A stretch of DNA of 64,000 bases from Yuukianura sp. NJ FZ-2021 (Eukaryota): positions 5,332,001 to 5,396,000 of the forward strand of contig CM102283.1 of the NCBI GenBank assembly GCA_046563655.1, given 5' to 3'. Shown here piece by piece: positions 36,600 to 48,186 of this stretch. A program made the position numbers and the translations under genes. The notes below the pieces were generated by a model. The model saw only the letters and a list, made by a program, of their open reading frames with translations. It made no database searches and was not told where the DNA came from. Each line of letters starts with the position of its first letter. Within the stretch, counting starts at the first letter, position 1.

Positions 36600-38257
36600 A
36601 TTGCCAAAAAATCAAAAATTAGCATTTGAAATCCAGCATTTAAAATGCGACAAAGCGTACCCTTTCCCACAACCTTGGAGAATTTGGTGGATGAACTCGT
36701 GGCTTCAAATCACAAATTTCCAATAATTTCCAAGTTTTTAAGAGACGAAGGTCAAGGTCAACTTGACCCACAGTGGTTTCTAACACGAAAAGTGCAGTTT
36801 CCGAAATTTAGTTCCTTGCAAGAGTTTCTTTCCAACTACTGGGCCCAAGACCCGCTGCCAAAGGAAAAATTTATTCAAATTCTTGGTGAAAGTGCTTCAG
36901 AAGAGTCTGTGTTTGTTTTTGAGGTGTATGCCAAGTCGAATCTTTTGAAGTATTTGAAATCGCTGTTAAGTGTCCAGTGCCTAGTGCAAGCTGAAGTTTT
37001 TGAAAAGCAACGAAGCATCAATTGGAACGAATTTGGCCTTGAACTGGCCGGAAGTTGGACAATAAACAGCTACGCTTTCAACGCTGCTGCCTACATGGGA
37101 AAATTTGGAAAATTTGAATACTTGAATGACGAACAGTTTATTCAGGACGTGGACAGGGGATTAATGGCGGGAATTCAAGTTTTAAACAAACGAAAAGTCT
37201 TGTGCAACACTGACAGGTATGGCGCAGAATATTTTGACCCCACACGACCTCGAATCGAGTGTCTAAGTTGTGACGTGACCGGTAGCTACCCTTCCGTGTG
37301 CCTTGGGCCCTTGCCCTATGGTGATTACCGACAAATGACTCCGGAAGAAATTGCGAGTTTTGACTTTGTAAACCCCATATGGGCCGAATAAAGTGGATTT
37401 GTTTTCGTGTGTGACATTCACTTTCCCGACACGAAAAACTTTCTGATTTAGTTTGTCCCCCAGAAAAAAAACGAGTTTTGTTTGACAATCTGTCAAAAGT
37501 TCGATAAGAATTTGTGAAAAGTAGTGACAAGAAATTGTCACACGAATTTCTACTTTTGAGTCTAACGGACAAGACTGAAATTGTCCTTCATCATCAGCTT
37601 TTGGCAATGACGTTGAGATTGGGCGGTGTGTTGACCAAAGTGCATCGCGGATACAGTTTTTCCCAAAGGCCACTTTACGCAGAATATATCCAACACAATT
37701 TAAATAAGCGAAAGTTGGCGAAAACTCGAACTGAAAAGGAACTAGCCAAATTGGCCAACGTGAGTCTTTCCGGAAAGTGTTTAAGTGATCCTGCCATGTA
37801 CAATATGGACCCTCAGCTTTGCAAAACTTCTGTCAAGGCCAAATCTCTCCTCGCTTCAAGCAATTTTGCAAGTTTTGAAATTGTTAATCACAACGTGACG
37901 CTGTTTCACATGAAAAAGAAAAAGGTGTTTCGAAAATACCTAAAATTGATTGTATTCGTCATTTACAGTGTTTCAAAAGCAGTGTTGTATTCGTACGTCT
38001 ACGATTACATTTATCCTGCATTCAATTACAAAATGGAGCTGGTCATGTGTAATACAGACAGTTTCATGGGAGTTTATCAGGACGAAGATGGAGACTTTCT
38101 TGAAAAGTTGAAGAGTCTCGCCGAAATTTTTGATTTTTCTGACCAAGATGGTGAGCTCTACGACAATCGAAATGTAGGAAAGGCGGGAGTTTTCAAAATT
38201 GTAAATCTAAACATCAAAGAAGCCTTTCTGCTTTCTCGCAATCAATGGCTAATTTGA
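36600..38257 (+). pseudogene. Protein-primed family B DNA polymerase remnant (Polinton/Maverick-like), truncated at both ends
   Basis: Collinear motifs LTRKVQFP, LVQAEVFEKQR..FGLE, motif A DVTGSYP..PLPYG, LTKVHRG..FSQRP, motif B KLANVSLSGK, motif C CNTDS, FDFSD..GVFK. Stops and a frameshift at 37389-37510. Confidence 0.85.
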
Positions 38258-38360
38258 CACCGAGTTTTATTACTTTTGTTTTGTCTCGGCCGGGAGTTGT
38301 TTTTTCACTTGGCTTAGTTGCGTTTCAAGTCTGATTAGATAGTCTTGGAAAAAGAAAACA

Positions 38361-38926
38361 ATGGGTAAGCCCACTTACAAATATTTCAAATTTAAACCTA
38401 AATTTAATTTTCGGAAGTTGTACAATTTTGAAAACTTGTTTTTTTTAAATACACAGACTGCACAAAGCAAACTTCCTGTGTAAACTGCGTGAGCGGGCAA
38501 TGTTTTTGGTGGATCAACACAAATGGCCAGTCTGGATGCGTGGACGACGTTGATAAAGTTCCGAACCTCGAATTTGTAGTGGCCGAGGGTGACGCTGGGG
38601 ACTGCCCGAACGAACCGACCCCAGTACCAGGAGAGTCTTCAGCATTGGCGTGGACGGGGTCAACTCTTTCGGGCAAGTCAAATTAAAATCTGTTTTTTTT
38701 AAGTAAAAGTGCGCAACTAAAATTTAGACCCAGAGGGAGGCAACTAACATTTGATTTGTTTTAAATTTCAGTTGGTCTGGTCATTGCTTTGATGTTCATC
38801 GTCTTCCTTGAACGGAAAAGACAACCAGTGGCAGCGGCAAAGCGACGGCGCATGCGACGTTTATCGCAAGACGCCGTGGAGCTCCAAAGCATCGATTTAA
38901 ACACAGAAGAAACTTCTATGCTATAA
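38361..38926 (+). CDS. Small Cys-rich (PSI-like) single-pass membrane protein A; exons 38361-38364, 38457-38672, 38772-38926
   Basis: Phase-1 junctions (second donor GCAAGT) give MDCTKQTSCVNCVSGQCFWW..LAWTGSTLS-VGLVIALMFIVFL-ERKR. Confidence 0.55.
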
Positions 38927-39196
38927 TTGTTATTCGATTAAAGACAATGACATTCTTTGTGTTAGGAAAGCTTTCGAATTATAGTCTGACCTTGTTGAAT
39001 TAACAACCATTTGTTTGTGAAATTTCAAATTACATTTCCTTTCCAACCCCGACTAGTTGGGTTGTTTCAGTCAAGTTTGAATTTTCAAATAACCTAAAAT
39101 GTTGCAAATCATTCTTTTTGGATCGATAGGTAAAACTTGGTTTTTGATAAAACAAAAAAAAAATTAGAGTAGTAGGTTAACATAATGTAATTGTAG

Positions 39197-39471
39197 GAGC
39201 CTTGGGGTTGCTGGTCGTTGGGCTGGCAGTGGCGCCTTGTGTCGCTTGCCGGCGCATGCGTCGAGGTCAACCAGATTACACTGAACTCAGTAAAATTAGA
39301 ATTCTTCACCGACGTGACACGGGTCGCTCTGGCATCTACATTGGCTTAAAAGACCTCGTCCCTCCAGAATCCGCACGGGAAATGGCACCAAAAACATTAC
39401 CTGAGTTGGCAAGCGCATCACGCCTGAAAATTCCTCCCCCTCCGCCGTTGCCGCCAAGTCCTCAAAAATGA
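39197..39471 (+). CDS. Second TM plus cytoplasmic exon (alternative 3' exon or paralogue remnant)
   Basis: TTGTAG acceptor, phase 1; ALGLLVVGLAVAPCVAC-RRMRR..DYTEL..poly-Pro. RRMRR is shared with gene A. Confidence 0.45.
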
Positions 39472-40109
39472 CCTTCCACAGTACAAGCCACCCACCAACA
39501 ATCGAAACAAATTTTTTGAAATTACGAATACGGAATTTAATTTAAAATGACTCAAAATCTTAAAAAGTCTAAAATCTACAAAGTTTCGGAACGACAGAAA
39601 CAACATGAATAAACTCGAACATCGGAAATAAAATTTTTCAAAGGATTGCAATTTCGAATGGTGACTATTTTTTTTATTCGTAATAAAAATTGCAAAAATT
39701 TATTCAAATTTATTTTATAAATGTGACTAAAATTGAAAAATAGTAAAGGTGAATACTTATTGAAAAATTTTGAATAAAGAAAAAATTGCATTGAATTGTT
39801 AGGTGTTGTTGAAATTTGAAGTGAAATTGTTGAAATTTGAATAATCTCAATTGATGGTGTTTACTCTAGGAATCCTTTTGGGCGTTTTCCCTCAGCCCCA
39901 TCTTTGATTGGCTACAAACCAAAATTTATTTTCGACTTGGAAAATTAAGAAAAGAAAAATGCTTCACTCCAAACTATTTTCCTCTTACCTCGAATTGCCT
40001 GCACTGCTTGTCGACGTCGAAGTGACTCCCGTGCTAGCTCCTCCGCATGGTATTCGAAAAGCTCGCGGTCTCTATCTACGACGGGCTGCCGCGGGGAAAA
40101 TGGCATCAA

Positions 40110-40394
40110 TCACCTTGAACAAGAAATCCGAGAATCGTAGAATTCGCAATGGAACAATTTTCCAACCCCAACAGTGCGTTTGACACAATCCCTTGCCGGT
40201 CGAAATGTCGAATTTCTTGTGTTCGAACGCACAAAAAAAAACTTGACACCGCCGATAAATGCGGCGGCAAACTCAACAAGCTTTTGCTTGAAAGTTGCAA
40301 CTAATGAGAACGCTGGCACCACAGGTGAGTCACACCCACAGTCCCAATTGTCGCAACCATAGACTGACTCCTCCTTGGAAAGAAATTGCCCCAT
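40110..40394 (-). CDS. Hypothetical Cys-containing protein with a possible N-myristoylation start (MGQFLS)
   Basis: ATG ORF just inside the right TIR; weak similarity to a peptide at 43039-43230. Confidence 0.3.
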   Translation of the reverse strand: MGQFLSKEESVYGCDNWDCGCDSPVVPAFSLVATFKQKLVEFAAAFIGGVKFFFVRSNTRNSTFRPARDCVKRTVGVGKLFHCEFYDSRISCSR

Positions 40395-40736
40395 TTTCGT
40401 GGAAGGAAGTACTGTGGAAAGAACTAACGAGCGAATAAATGAAAACTAAAACTCACAAACCATAGTATTGTCCTCGAAACAAAAAGTTTGTAGCAAATAA
40501 AAAAAACAAAAGAGAAACCACGATGACGTCATCAAAAAACGTTTTAAAACGTAATTGTAGATGCAGATGCTGATAAGGATGGATTTTTGGGAATTCCATT
40601 GCAGATGCCATTAGATGATAAAAATGGCGAAACACTGAGAAATCCAATTGTATGAGCACTTTTATTATGCTCAAGTCTTAAAATTTCTTAAAACTAACAA
40701 TTGTGATCACACACACGGGAGGGAAGAGACAAGAGG

Positions 40737-43020
40737 TGTTGTTGGCTCAGTGGCTGGACAGACTATGTCCCACTGTGAGGAGTAAAGACTCCACACACGT
40801 CCACAGTCAACGCCAATAGGAGGGTTGACTTTGTCCACACCGAAGTGAACGCTCTCTTAATGGGCTCTCCAGCCAGACTCAAGGCTGACCCCTCCAAGTC
40901 AGCGCTCACCCTGACCTTGACTTTTAACTCGTTTTATGAGTTCTCGCTTTGTCCTTGGTTGACTTTGCAAGTCAACCATGGGCAAATCACAAAATCTACC
41001 AGAGCCGCAAACACTCCCACTTGATGTACATAGTACATCATTACACTAAATCCTAATAACCTACAGGGGGTACTTAGGGACACTGGAATCTTCTGGAAGG
41101 GGAATGATTTTAACTAAAATTTAATCTAAATTTTTGAAAAGAAAACAAATGAATTTTAGAATTAAATTTCCAGAAATAGGGACTACACTCACTCACACAT
41201 TCAAATAATTTTTATTTGAACTAAATCTTAGGAGTTATGTCTATGTACCGTCTTTGATTTGAAGTGGGGAAACCTTGGTGATGGGGCGGTTGTACGTCTT
41301 GATGGTGACCTTCCGTTTGTTGTCAGTCACTGGAACATGGACATCGCAGACTCTGACGAGGTTGTCCTTACCAGGGCACACTGCAGCGATACGTCGAAGC
41401 GTCCATTTTTGTGGTCCGAGGTCAGAGTCGCTGTCATTCAGCAGAACCAACGTTCCAATTCCAAGGTTTTCTTGCTCTGCAAACCACTTTGGTGTTTTCT
41501 GCAGAGTCTGGAGGTACTGGGAAGACCAACGTTGAAGTGCTGCGCCATTTGCTGGACATGTTGCCAGCGGGTCAATTGATGAACTTTGAATCCATCCAAG
41601 TTCTCCTGTGGTGCAGCCTTCAAAGTTTGTCCAATTAGGAAATGGCCGGGAGTCAGAGCAGAGAAGTCGGCATCCAATGACAATTGGGTCAAAGGTCGAG
41701 AGTTATTTATTTATTTATTTATTATGCCAATCGGGCACTCAGCCCACGGGGCCATGGTAATCGTTTAGTACATGAAAGTCGGATTATAGAGTCTGGCTAT
41801 AAATTAATTTACATAATAAATAAAAGTATAGCAGTTGGTATCTTCTTGCCGTAGTTTTGGTTGGTTGACCAGTTCAGAGGCTGTCTCGGACGGATTGACT
41901 AATTTACTATCTAGCGTTGTGTCAGCCGAACTGTTTCACATCTCCTTCAAAACTAAAAGTCGCCATTTTTCCGATTAGTCACATCCCATTTCAAGCCATG
42001 TAACGCATGTCCTTTCCTTCTTCCTTTTGTTGATGGACTAATTTAGCTTAGATGTGACTTAATAGACTAAATTAATCAATAATAATTAACTACTACTAAA
42101 GGTCGAGAGTTGAGTGTTGCTTCAATTCGTTTCAGAAGAGTTCAGAACTCTTCAATGGAGAGACCATCGAGTCACTAGCGACACGATGGAGATGAACTTT
42201 CATGGATTTCACTCCAGCTTCGAAAATCCCGCCAAAATTTGGGTGGGTTGACGATAAATTCCACATTCTGATCCACGAAAAACTTGGAGACTTGGTTAAC
42301 ATGTGGAGTGGAAGTGACAAAATGCTGGAAAGTTTCAACTTCGTTTTTTGAGCCCAAAAAGTTCCTCCCACCATCACACAAAACTTTTGAAGGGCAGCCT
42401 CGGGTTGACACAAAACGATTGAAAGGACTTATGAACGCGGGAGTGGAGAGGTCACTGGCAAACTCCAGGTGAATTGCTTTGACCGCTAAGCAAACAAACA
42501 CTGCTACATAGGCTTTTAGCAATTTTGGATTTCGTCCGGAGGTAGCATTCACATGACATGCACCAGCGTATTCCACACCGACATAGGCGAACGGTAAAGT
42601 TGGAGTCACGCGGGAAGTAGGCAGTTGACCCATCTTCTGTCCCATCACTTTTGGATTGACTTTGTGACACTGCACACACTGTCGTACAATTGATGAGCAC
42701 AACTTTGGTCCATTCGAGATCCAAAATTTGTCACGGACAAGAGAAAGCAGAAGTTGTGGTCCAGGATGGTTGTTGGCATGGTGCACATGTCTGATGACAC
42801 AATTTGTGAAATGGTGGTTCCGAGGGAGTAAGATGGAATGCTTTTGGTCATATGACCAGAAACTATGACGAAGTCTCCCTCCCACCATTAAAATTCCATT
42901 TACGTTAGGAATGGCATAAGGGATTTTAGATTTTACGGTACTCGGTGATGTATTTTTACGCCGGCACCAGTCCAACTCACTTGAAAATGTATCCATTTGG
43001 ACACAACGAACTAGAAGGAT
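40737..43020 (-). mobile_element. Truncated, degraded BEL/Pao element (integrase, DUF5641-like C-terminus, PPT, 3' LTR 40737-41013)
   Basis: VGGRL, HPGPQ..C..C, VGVEYAG, CDGGRNFLG, GGIFEAGVKSMK, LTPGHFLIG, GKDNLVRV; PPT AAGTGGGAG followed by TGTTTG..CAACA. Confidence 0.85.
41705..42097 (-). mobile_element. Short non-LTR retroposon insertion (SINE or 5'-truncated LINE) inside the BEL remnant
   Basis: 14-bp TSD AAAGGTCGAGAGTT (41691-41704 and 42098-42111); (TAAA)n 3' tail. Confidence 0.8.
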
Positions 43021-44035
43021 AGGAGTTCAGAATTAATTCAAACTTTTGGCTACCAAATCTAGTCGCCATTTTCTTGAACCAATTGCCCCCAAGGGCGGGA
43101 ACACGATTGGTCTTGTTTATAGCAATGCGCTACGAATTTCGCATTGGACTCGACATTGCAACGACTTGGAGTTGCAACTCGTTTGTCCTCGAAAGCTGTT
43201 TTTTGAAGAAAAATCCCAAGTTGAGCTAATTACAAATCCGTAAATCATCCGATGTGGAATTGAATCTAATACTTCAACTCGTTTGTTAAGGTGTATTAAT
43301 ATCAAAATCTTAATTTCAATAAAAACATCCAGTAACAATTACAACACTCGGTGTTGTAATTGTTATATCGTAATTTTATTTTAGCATTTCACAAAGCCAT
43401 TTTGGTAAGGGAGAGGTGGAGTGGCGGAGTTTGGTGGATAGATTGGAGGGAGTTGGTAACCGTCTTTCTGCCGGTGGACCCTTTGGAAGCGGATGCCAAA
43501 GAGAGAGATGTGACTTTGACAATCGGTGTGGTGGTGGTAATCGTCGACGAACACGACGATGACGCGCAGCAGTATTAAATGTTGGTCATCGTCGTTTGTT
43601 TCTCCGTATCTGGTGCCTGTTCCCTCCTAGCCTTGCGGGCTGACGCCTTGTCTCGCTTAAGTTGATTCAGATACCTCCACTTGTTGGGGTCATCCTTGAA
43701 ATATAAATTTGTATTGTTTTTCGTCTTTATAATCGAGATTCCGAGGTTTATGAGCCCAGATGGCCCTGGCCCTTGCTTCAAAGCCGTGGGCATAATGCAC
43801 GCAACGAAAGAAGTTATTGTCATAAGCCTCGAAAATAAAAAAAAAGAAACTAAATGTAAAAATTTAGACCATTGAAAGAATGGCGTATTCGGTAATGTTC
43901 AAACCGAGTGAACCTTGGTTTTTGACCGTCAAGTTAATTTTCAAGGAAGCACTTCACACTTCCCTATATAAGAAAGGTTAGGTCTAAGTCGATCTTCAAT
44001 CTTTTAGCCTCAATCCGAACTCGACATCAATAGAA

Positions 44036-44677
44036 ATGAGACTGGGTGAGTGATTGATAAAAAAAGACTTTAAAAATCATACTTTTCAAATTCAAACGTT
44101 TTTTTTTTTAAAAAAAAACAGAATGCGCCAAAATAGCCGAATGTGGAGTTTCCGTTGACAGCGGTTGCACTTTTGTGCAAGTCAACCAAAGCGGGGAATG
44201 TATCGCATCCCTCCTAGATGCTTCCGGTACAGTGACGTTTGCAGTTGGACACAACCAGCGCGGAGGATGCAAGAAGGAAGCGCCAACATTTACAGCCGGA
44301 TCATTCGCGTTTTCAGAATTGGCATGGCACTTGCCAGTAATCGGTAAACGTGCAAAAAACAAATTCCATGTCATTTTTTTTCGAAACTACGATGCAACTT
44401 GTAACGAATTAAAGGAGTGTTGCTGTTTCTACTACTGATAGTATCATTGACTCTGTGCGACTACTGCATTCGAAATAAGAGATCGGGGTCAGCATATGCC
44501 CAGGTCCCAGATGACGCAGCGATTATAAGTAGCATTAGGAGACTGGAGAACAGAAGTGGAAATGGACAATATCACAAGCTACAAGAGATTAGGCCTGAGC
44601 CACTGGAGCCGAAACCACGAAGGGCCAAGATAATCTCTACAATTTCTAGCAGAATCCCTCCTGCGCACTTTACATAA
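44036..44677 (+). CDS. Small Cys-rich single-pass membrane protein B, paralogue of A; exons 44036-44045, 44122-44343, 44415-44677
   Basis: TATATAA ~70 nt upstream; phase-1 junctions; ECAKIAEC..C..C..FAV..GGC..E..SELAW, TM segment, tail with YAQV and YHKL. The last acceptor is weak. Confidence 0.55.
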
Positions 44678-45866
44678 AACGTAGATTAGGTTAGGTTATA
44701 ACTTTTTCAGAAAATTACTTTAATTAAAATGAAAATAAATTTAATTTTGCAATGTCACAAAAAGAAATCGAAATTGATTTTCCCGGTTTAAAAGGTTGGG
44801 TTAGGCCTAAAGTTTCCCCGAGTACCATAAAGTTTCTTTGAAGGTGCACATCCATACTTGCCTGTCGCACTGTCACATAGCAGCATTTGCAATGTCACAA
44901 CAAAAAGAAAATCGAAATTGATTTTGCAGGTTTAAAAAAAATAGTACTGAGTACTGAGATTTTCAAATCGGCCTTTCATAGATTGCTCAGCAAGCACACC
45001 GCCAGATCCTTGCAGGTCAATTGAACGCCAAATGGAAACCACACGCTCGGAGGGAGGAGGGAACTCTTGACGTTTGACACTGCTTGGACCACGACACGAT
45101 ACGCGGCTCCCTAATGGTCAGCGCACTCTGAGGCAGACAGGGCCAACTATATAATGCTAAAGAAACTATAACCTACTACAACTAAGGCAACTAGAGTTCT
45201 CACAGTCAAAATTAGAAACAAAATAATTTTAGCTGAGATTTACTCCTAAAAAATAAATCCAATTTTTTGAGAATTATTGGTAAAAACAAAAATTCTTTTT
45301 CATTCGGAGAATTACTGTGCATAACTCTATAACTTTTGTTAAAAAGAAAACTACTCCATTTTTCCGTCTCCGTTGTTTTGGCATTTTGAGTGTGTTGGAA
45401 CAAAAGATGAACTAAAATACTTCTAGCAAAAACCACTGCATTGGACTCTGAGGCCCTTATCTTAAGCTAAAAGTCACAGACCATTGTTTTATTTTTATGT
45501 CCTATAAAGTTGACATATAGATGTAAAAAAAAGAGACTTCCTTCCAAGACTTCTACAACAGCAAGGTAACTTTGCCAGCAATCTATAAGCTAAAACAAAG
45601 AGAACATTTTGAAATTTCTTTGATGCTTTTTTTTTGGTTTCCAAAAAAAAAGTCTTTTACTTTCATCATCCTTCCAGCATGTTTTGTATTTTATTTTTTC
45701 AAAAAACAGCAAAACAGTAATTAAACACATAAAGCTCGAGTGAGCATGGGCGAAAAACCAAAACATAAGAAGTTGCACACAAATGCAGAAGAAAAGGGGC
45801 AGGGGGGCTTTATCCACCCAATACATTGACTTTTGACGATTTTCTTTGCCTTGTGTTCGATATATT

Positions 45867-46169
45867 TTACCATCTTGTTCCTTGTGGACCGTACTTTTTA
45901 TTTTCTACCTCCTCGTATTGTGCCATTGGATCCTCCCAGGCATCTAAGCTCCAACTGTTGCCGATTTGGACTTCAGTGTGTGCCCGGTTTTTTTTATGAG
46001 AGAGTTCAATCTCCGGCAAGTCGTTCACTGACCCACCGTGTTCAAGAAACAGTTGGAAGAGGCTGCCGACGAGTCCCGGGATCATCTCCAACTCCATGGC
46101 GACTGATGCACCCCTGTGTTCGATACGTAGTGTTTTTGGGCAGTCTGGACACACCTCTGTGACGAACAA
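45867..46169 (-). CDS. Hypothetical protein, paralogue of 46584-47081; probably frameshifted from 46082-46444
   Basis: EMIPGLVGSLFQLFLEHGG versus EAVPTLIGKLFHLFLRNGG. Confidence 0.4.
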   Translation of the reverse strand: MFVTEVCPDCPKTLRIEHRGASVAMELEMIPGLVGSLFQLFLEHGGSVNDLPEIELSHKKNRAHTEVQIGNSWSLDAWEDPMAQYEEVENKKYGPQGTRW

Positions 46170-46583
46170 TTCGCAATTACTGGATTGTGGATCTGCACTT
46201 TATGTATGCGTGGCCATGGCCTGCAGTCCCCGGGCAATTCTCCGTGCGAATGGCACCTTGGTTTTGGTGCGCTTTCATTAGTTGGCTCCGTGGTCTCCAT
46301 TGCCTTGTAGTTACGCGAAGTTTCTTTCAGACTTGATTTGGGGATTTCGAGAATACGACTGACATCGAGAGACGAGAGTCCACGGAATTTTATTTCCTGT
46401 TGGGTTTCTATCTGTGCGAATGAATCACGGTGGGGGGATACCAATTGGTTTCAGTACGTCGAAAAACAAAAGGATAGATTGGTGAGGAGGGTAGTGTGTC
46501 ACTTGTTGTGTATGTTCAGTTTTGAAAAGTCAAATCTCTCTTCTAGAAACAAAGTCTGAAATCCTTATCCGAATCGTAGACTG

Positions 46584-47081
46584 TCAATGTCTGGAATAGC
46601 ACGCCTGGCCCAAGGGCCGTTGGAGTATTCCCTCCAATGGGGACTGACATGAATAGAGTGTCGGCTGTGCATCGACCGCTTTGACTTTTGAGACGCCATT
46701 CTCTTTACTCTTTTGAATCGCTTCTTCCGGTTTTGTCTTCCAGTGATCAATGCCAAGAGAGTATTTGTCTCGAACAGCAATGTCTGTGCTGTCCTTTGCT
46801 TGATAAACTTTTACTCCGCCGTTTCGGAGAAACAGATGAAACAATTTGCCAATGAGCGTAGGTACAGCTTCAAAATCCACTGTGGCTGCCGTACCATTTT
46901 GTTTAATGTAGACAACTTTTGCGTCTTTTGGGCCCCGTTGTATTAGAAAACAATCCAAAGGGGCTGGGAATTTTATTCGCTTACTTAGTTTACTGTCCTT
47001 GTCCTTGTGCCCTTGTGCAGGAACAATAACCGGAGTTGACGCTAGTTGCTTCTGATCTTCCATTGCTATTTCTCTAGACAT
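46584..47081 (-). CDS. Hypothetical protein, 165 aa
   Basis: ATG ORF with an adjacent paralogue. Confidence 0.45.
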   Translation of the reverse strand: MSREIAMEDQKQLASTPVIVPAQGHKDKDSKLSKRIKFPAPLDCFLIQRGPKDAKVVYIKQNGTAATVDFEAVPTLIGKLFHLFLRNGGVKVYQAKDSTDIAVRDKYSLGIDHWKTKPEEAIQKSKENGVSKVKAVDAQPTLYSCQSPLEGILQRPLGQACYSRH

Positions 47082-47350
47082 TTGTTTGTCTCACTAGCTG
47101 AAGACGCAAAAAGTAAGACTGAATGTAAAGAAAGTCTATGAAAGTTTCAAAGGCTCTTTCCTTTGATTTTTCTCGATGGACATGACTCATCGGAGAGAGC
47201 AGGGGGGGGGGGTACTGTTCCTTTTGGATTTGTCGAAGTGGAAGGGAAAAGGGGCCCTTCCATCAGGTAGTTGGTCAGCATTTTCTGTTTAGATCCTGTC
47301 ACTTGTCTACTCTGTGTTTCTGTGTTTACTCGTTCAAAGGTCTTCAATGG

Positions 47351-48186
47351 CTACATCAAAGTGCACCAAGTCTCATTGTCCGAACAAAGAAGGGTCCGCC
47401 TGTTCGTGTGGAGAATGTGTTCAGTGCCCAGTCTCTGCTTCAATTTTCGGTGGAATGCAAGTGGGCATCTCTGTTCCTCACCCGCTTCAAGTTCCAGAAC
47501 GCGTGAGCCTAATGTCAACTTACTTGGATTCAAAAGACTGCCTCAGCTTTCGTGCCGTAAACAAAGTACCTAAAAACCTAACCGTCAGCACACTGTCTGG
47601 TATTGTATTGGACACGAGCAGTGTAGCTGGAAAGCAAAACGTCTTTGACTTTGGAATTTCTTTGTCTAAGAAGATTGTCGCGAGTTGGACTGAAAGCATG
47701 AGATGACGACTGTTCGAGTTCTGACGGAAACGTACTACGACGAGGCGAGATGGCAGCATCACCCCCAACAGCATGTTTCTGCTTCCACTCTTCTTTTGCG
47801 GCTTGAATGTCATACGGCGCTCCTTATCGAGACGCTTCTCACATTCATTAATCAAATAGCCAGCATTAACATTTCCGGCCAATTCGTATGAGAATCTGTA
47901 ACAAAAGAATAATGTATCAACCGACTCAATGAATAGTTGAATCCCGTCTAAAGCAATACCTGTCACCGGAAGAATCGAATAGCGTTCCAAAATCCACTTC
48001 CTAGTAAGTATGGCCTATATGGTCCACCAGAATGTCCCTAATGCCAACAATGTCATACTCGGTCCCACCCACGGTCATCGTTGTATTCTTCCGTTGAGAT
48101 GGCTCATATGGAACCAGATCCGATGGGCTAGGTGGAGGTGATTCTTCTTCGGTGTCATCTGGCCTCCCCTGATAGTCCTGTAACAT
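47351..48186 (-). pseudogene. Broken hypothetical ORF(s) of unknown family
   Basis: Abutting same-strand ORFs 48001-48186, 47520-47990 and 47351-47533. Confidence 0.3.

Larger units (their letters stand above)
35838..40614. mobile_element. TIR-bounded cargo element with pPolB, SET and membrane-protein genes; no transposase
   Basis: TIRs 35838-35942 and 40522-40614 (CTAACGGCATCTGCAA..GATGACGTCATC; the right copy lacks 12 nt). Flanking direct repeat ATGATAAAA at 35828-35836 and 40615-40623. Confidence 0.85.

Noticed and set aside
35838-40614. Calling the element a canonical Polinton/Maverick
   Set aside because: The termini are not AG..CT, the TSD is 9 bp rather than 6 bp, and no integrase, ATPase, protease or capsid gene is visible.
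44748-44940. Two ~45-bp direct repeats (GCAATGTCACAA..GAAATTGATTTT)
   Set aside because: Only two copies and no assignable function.
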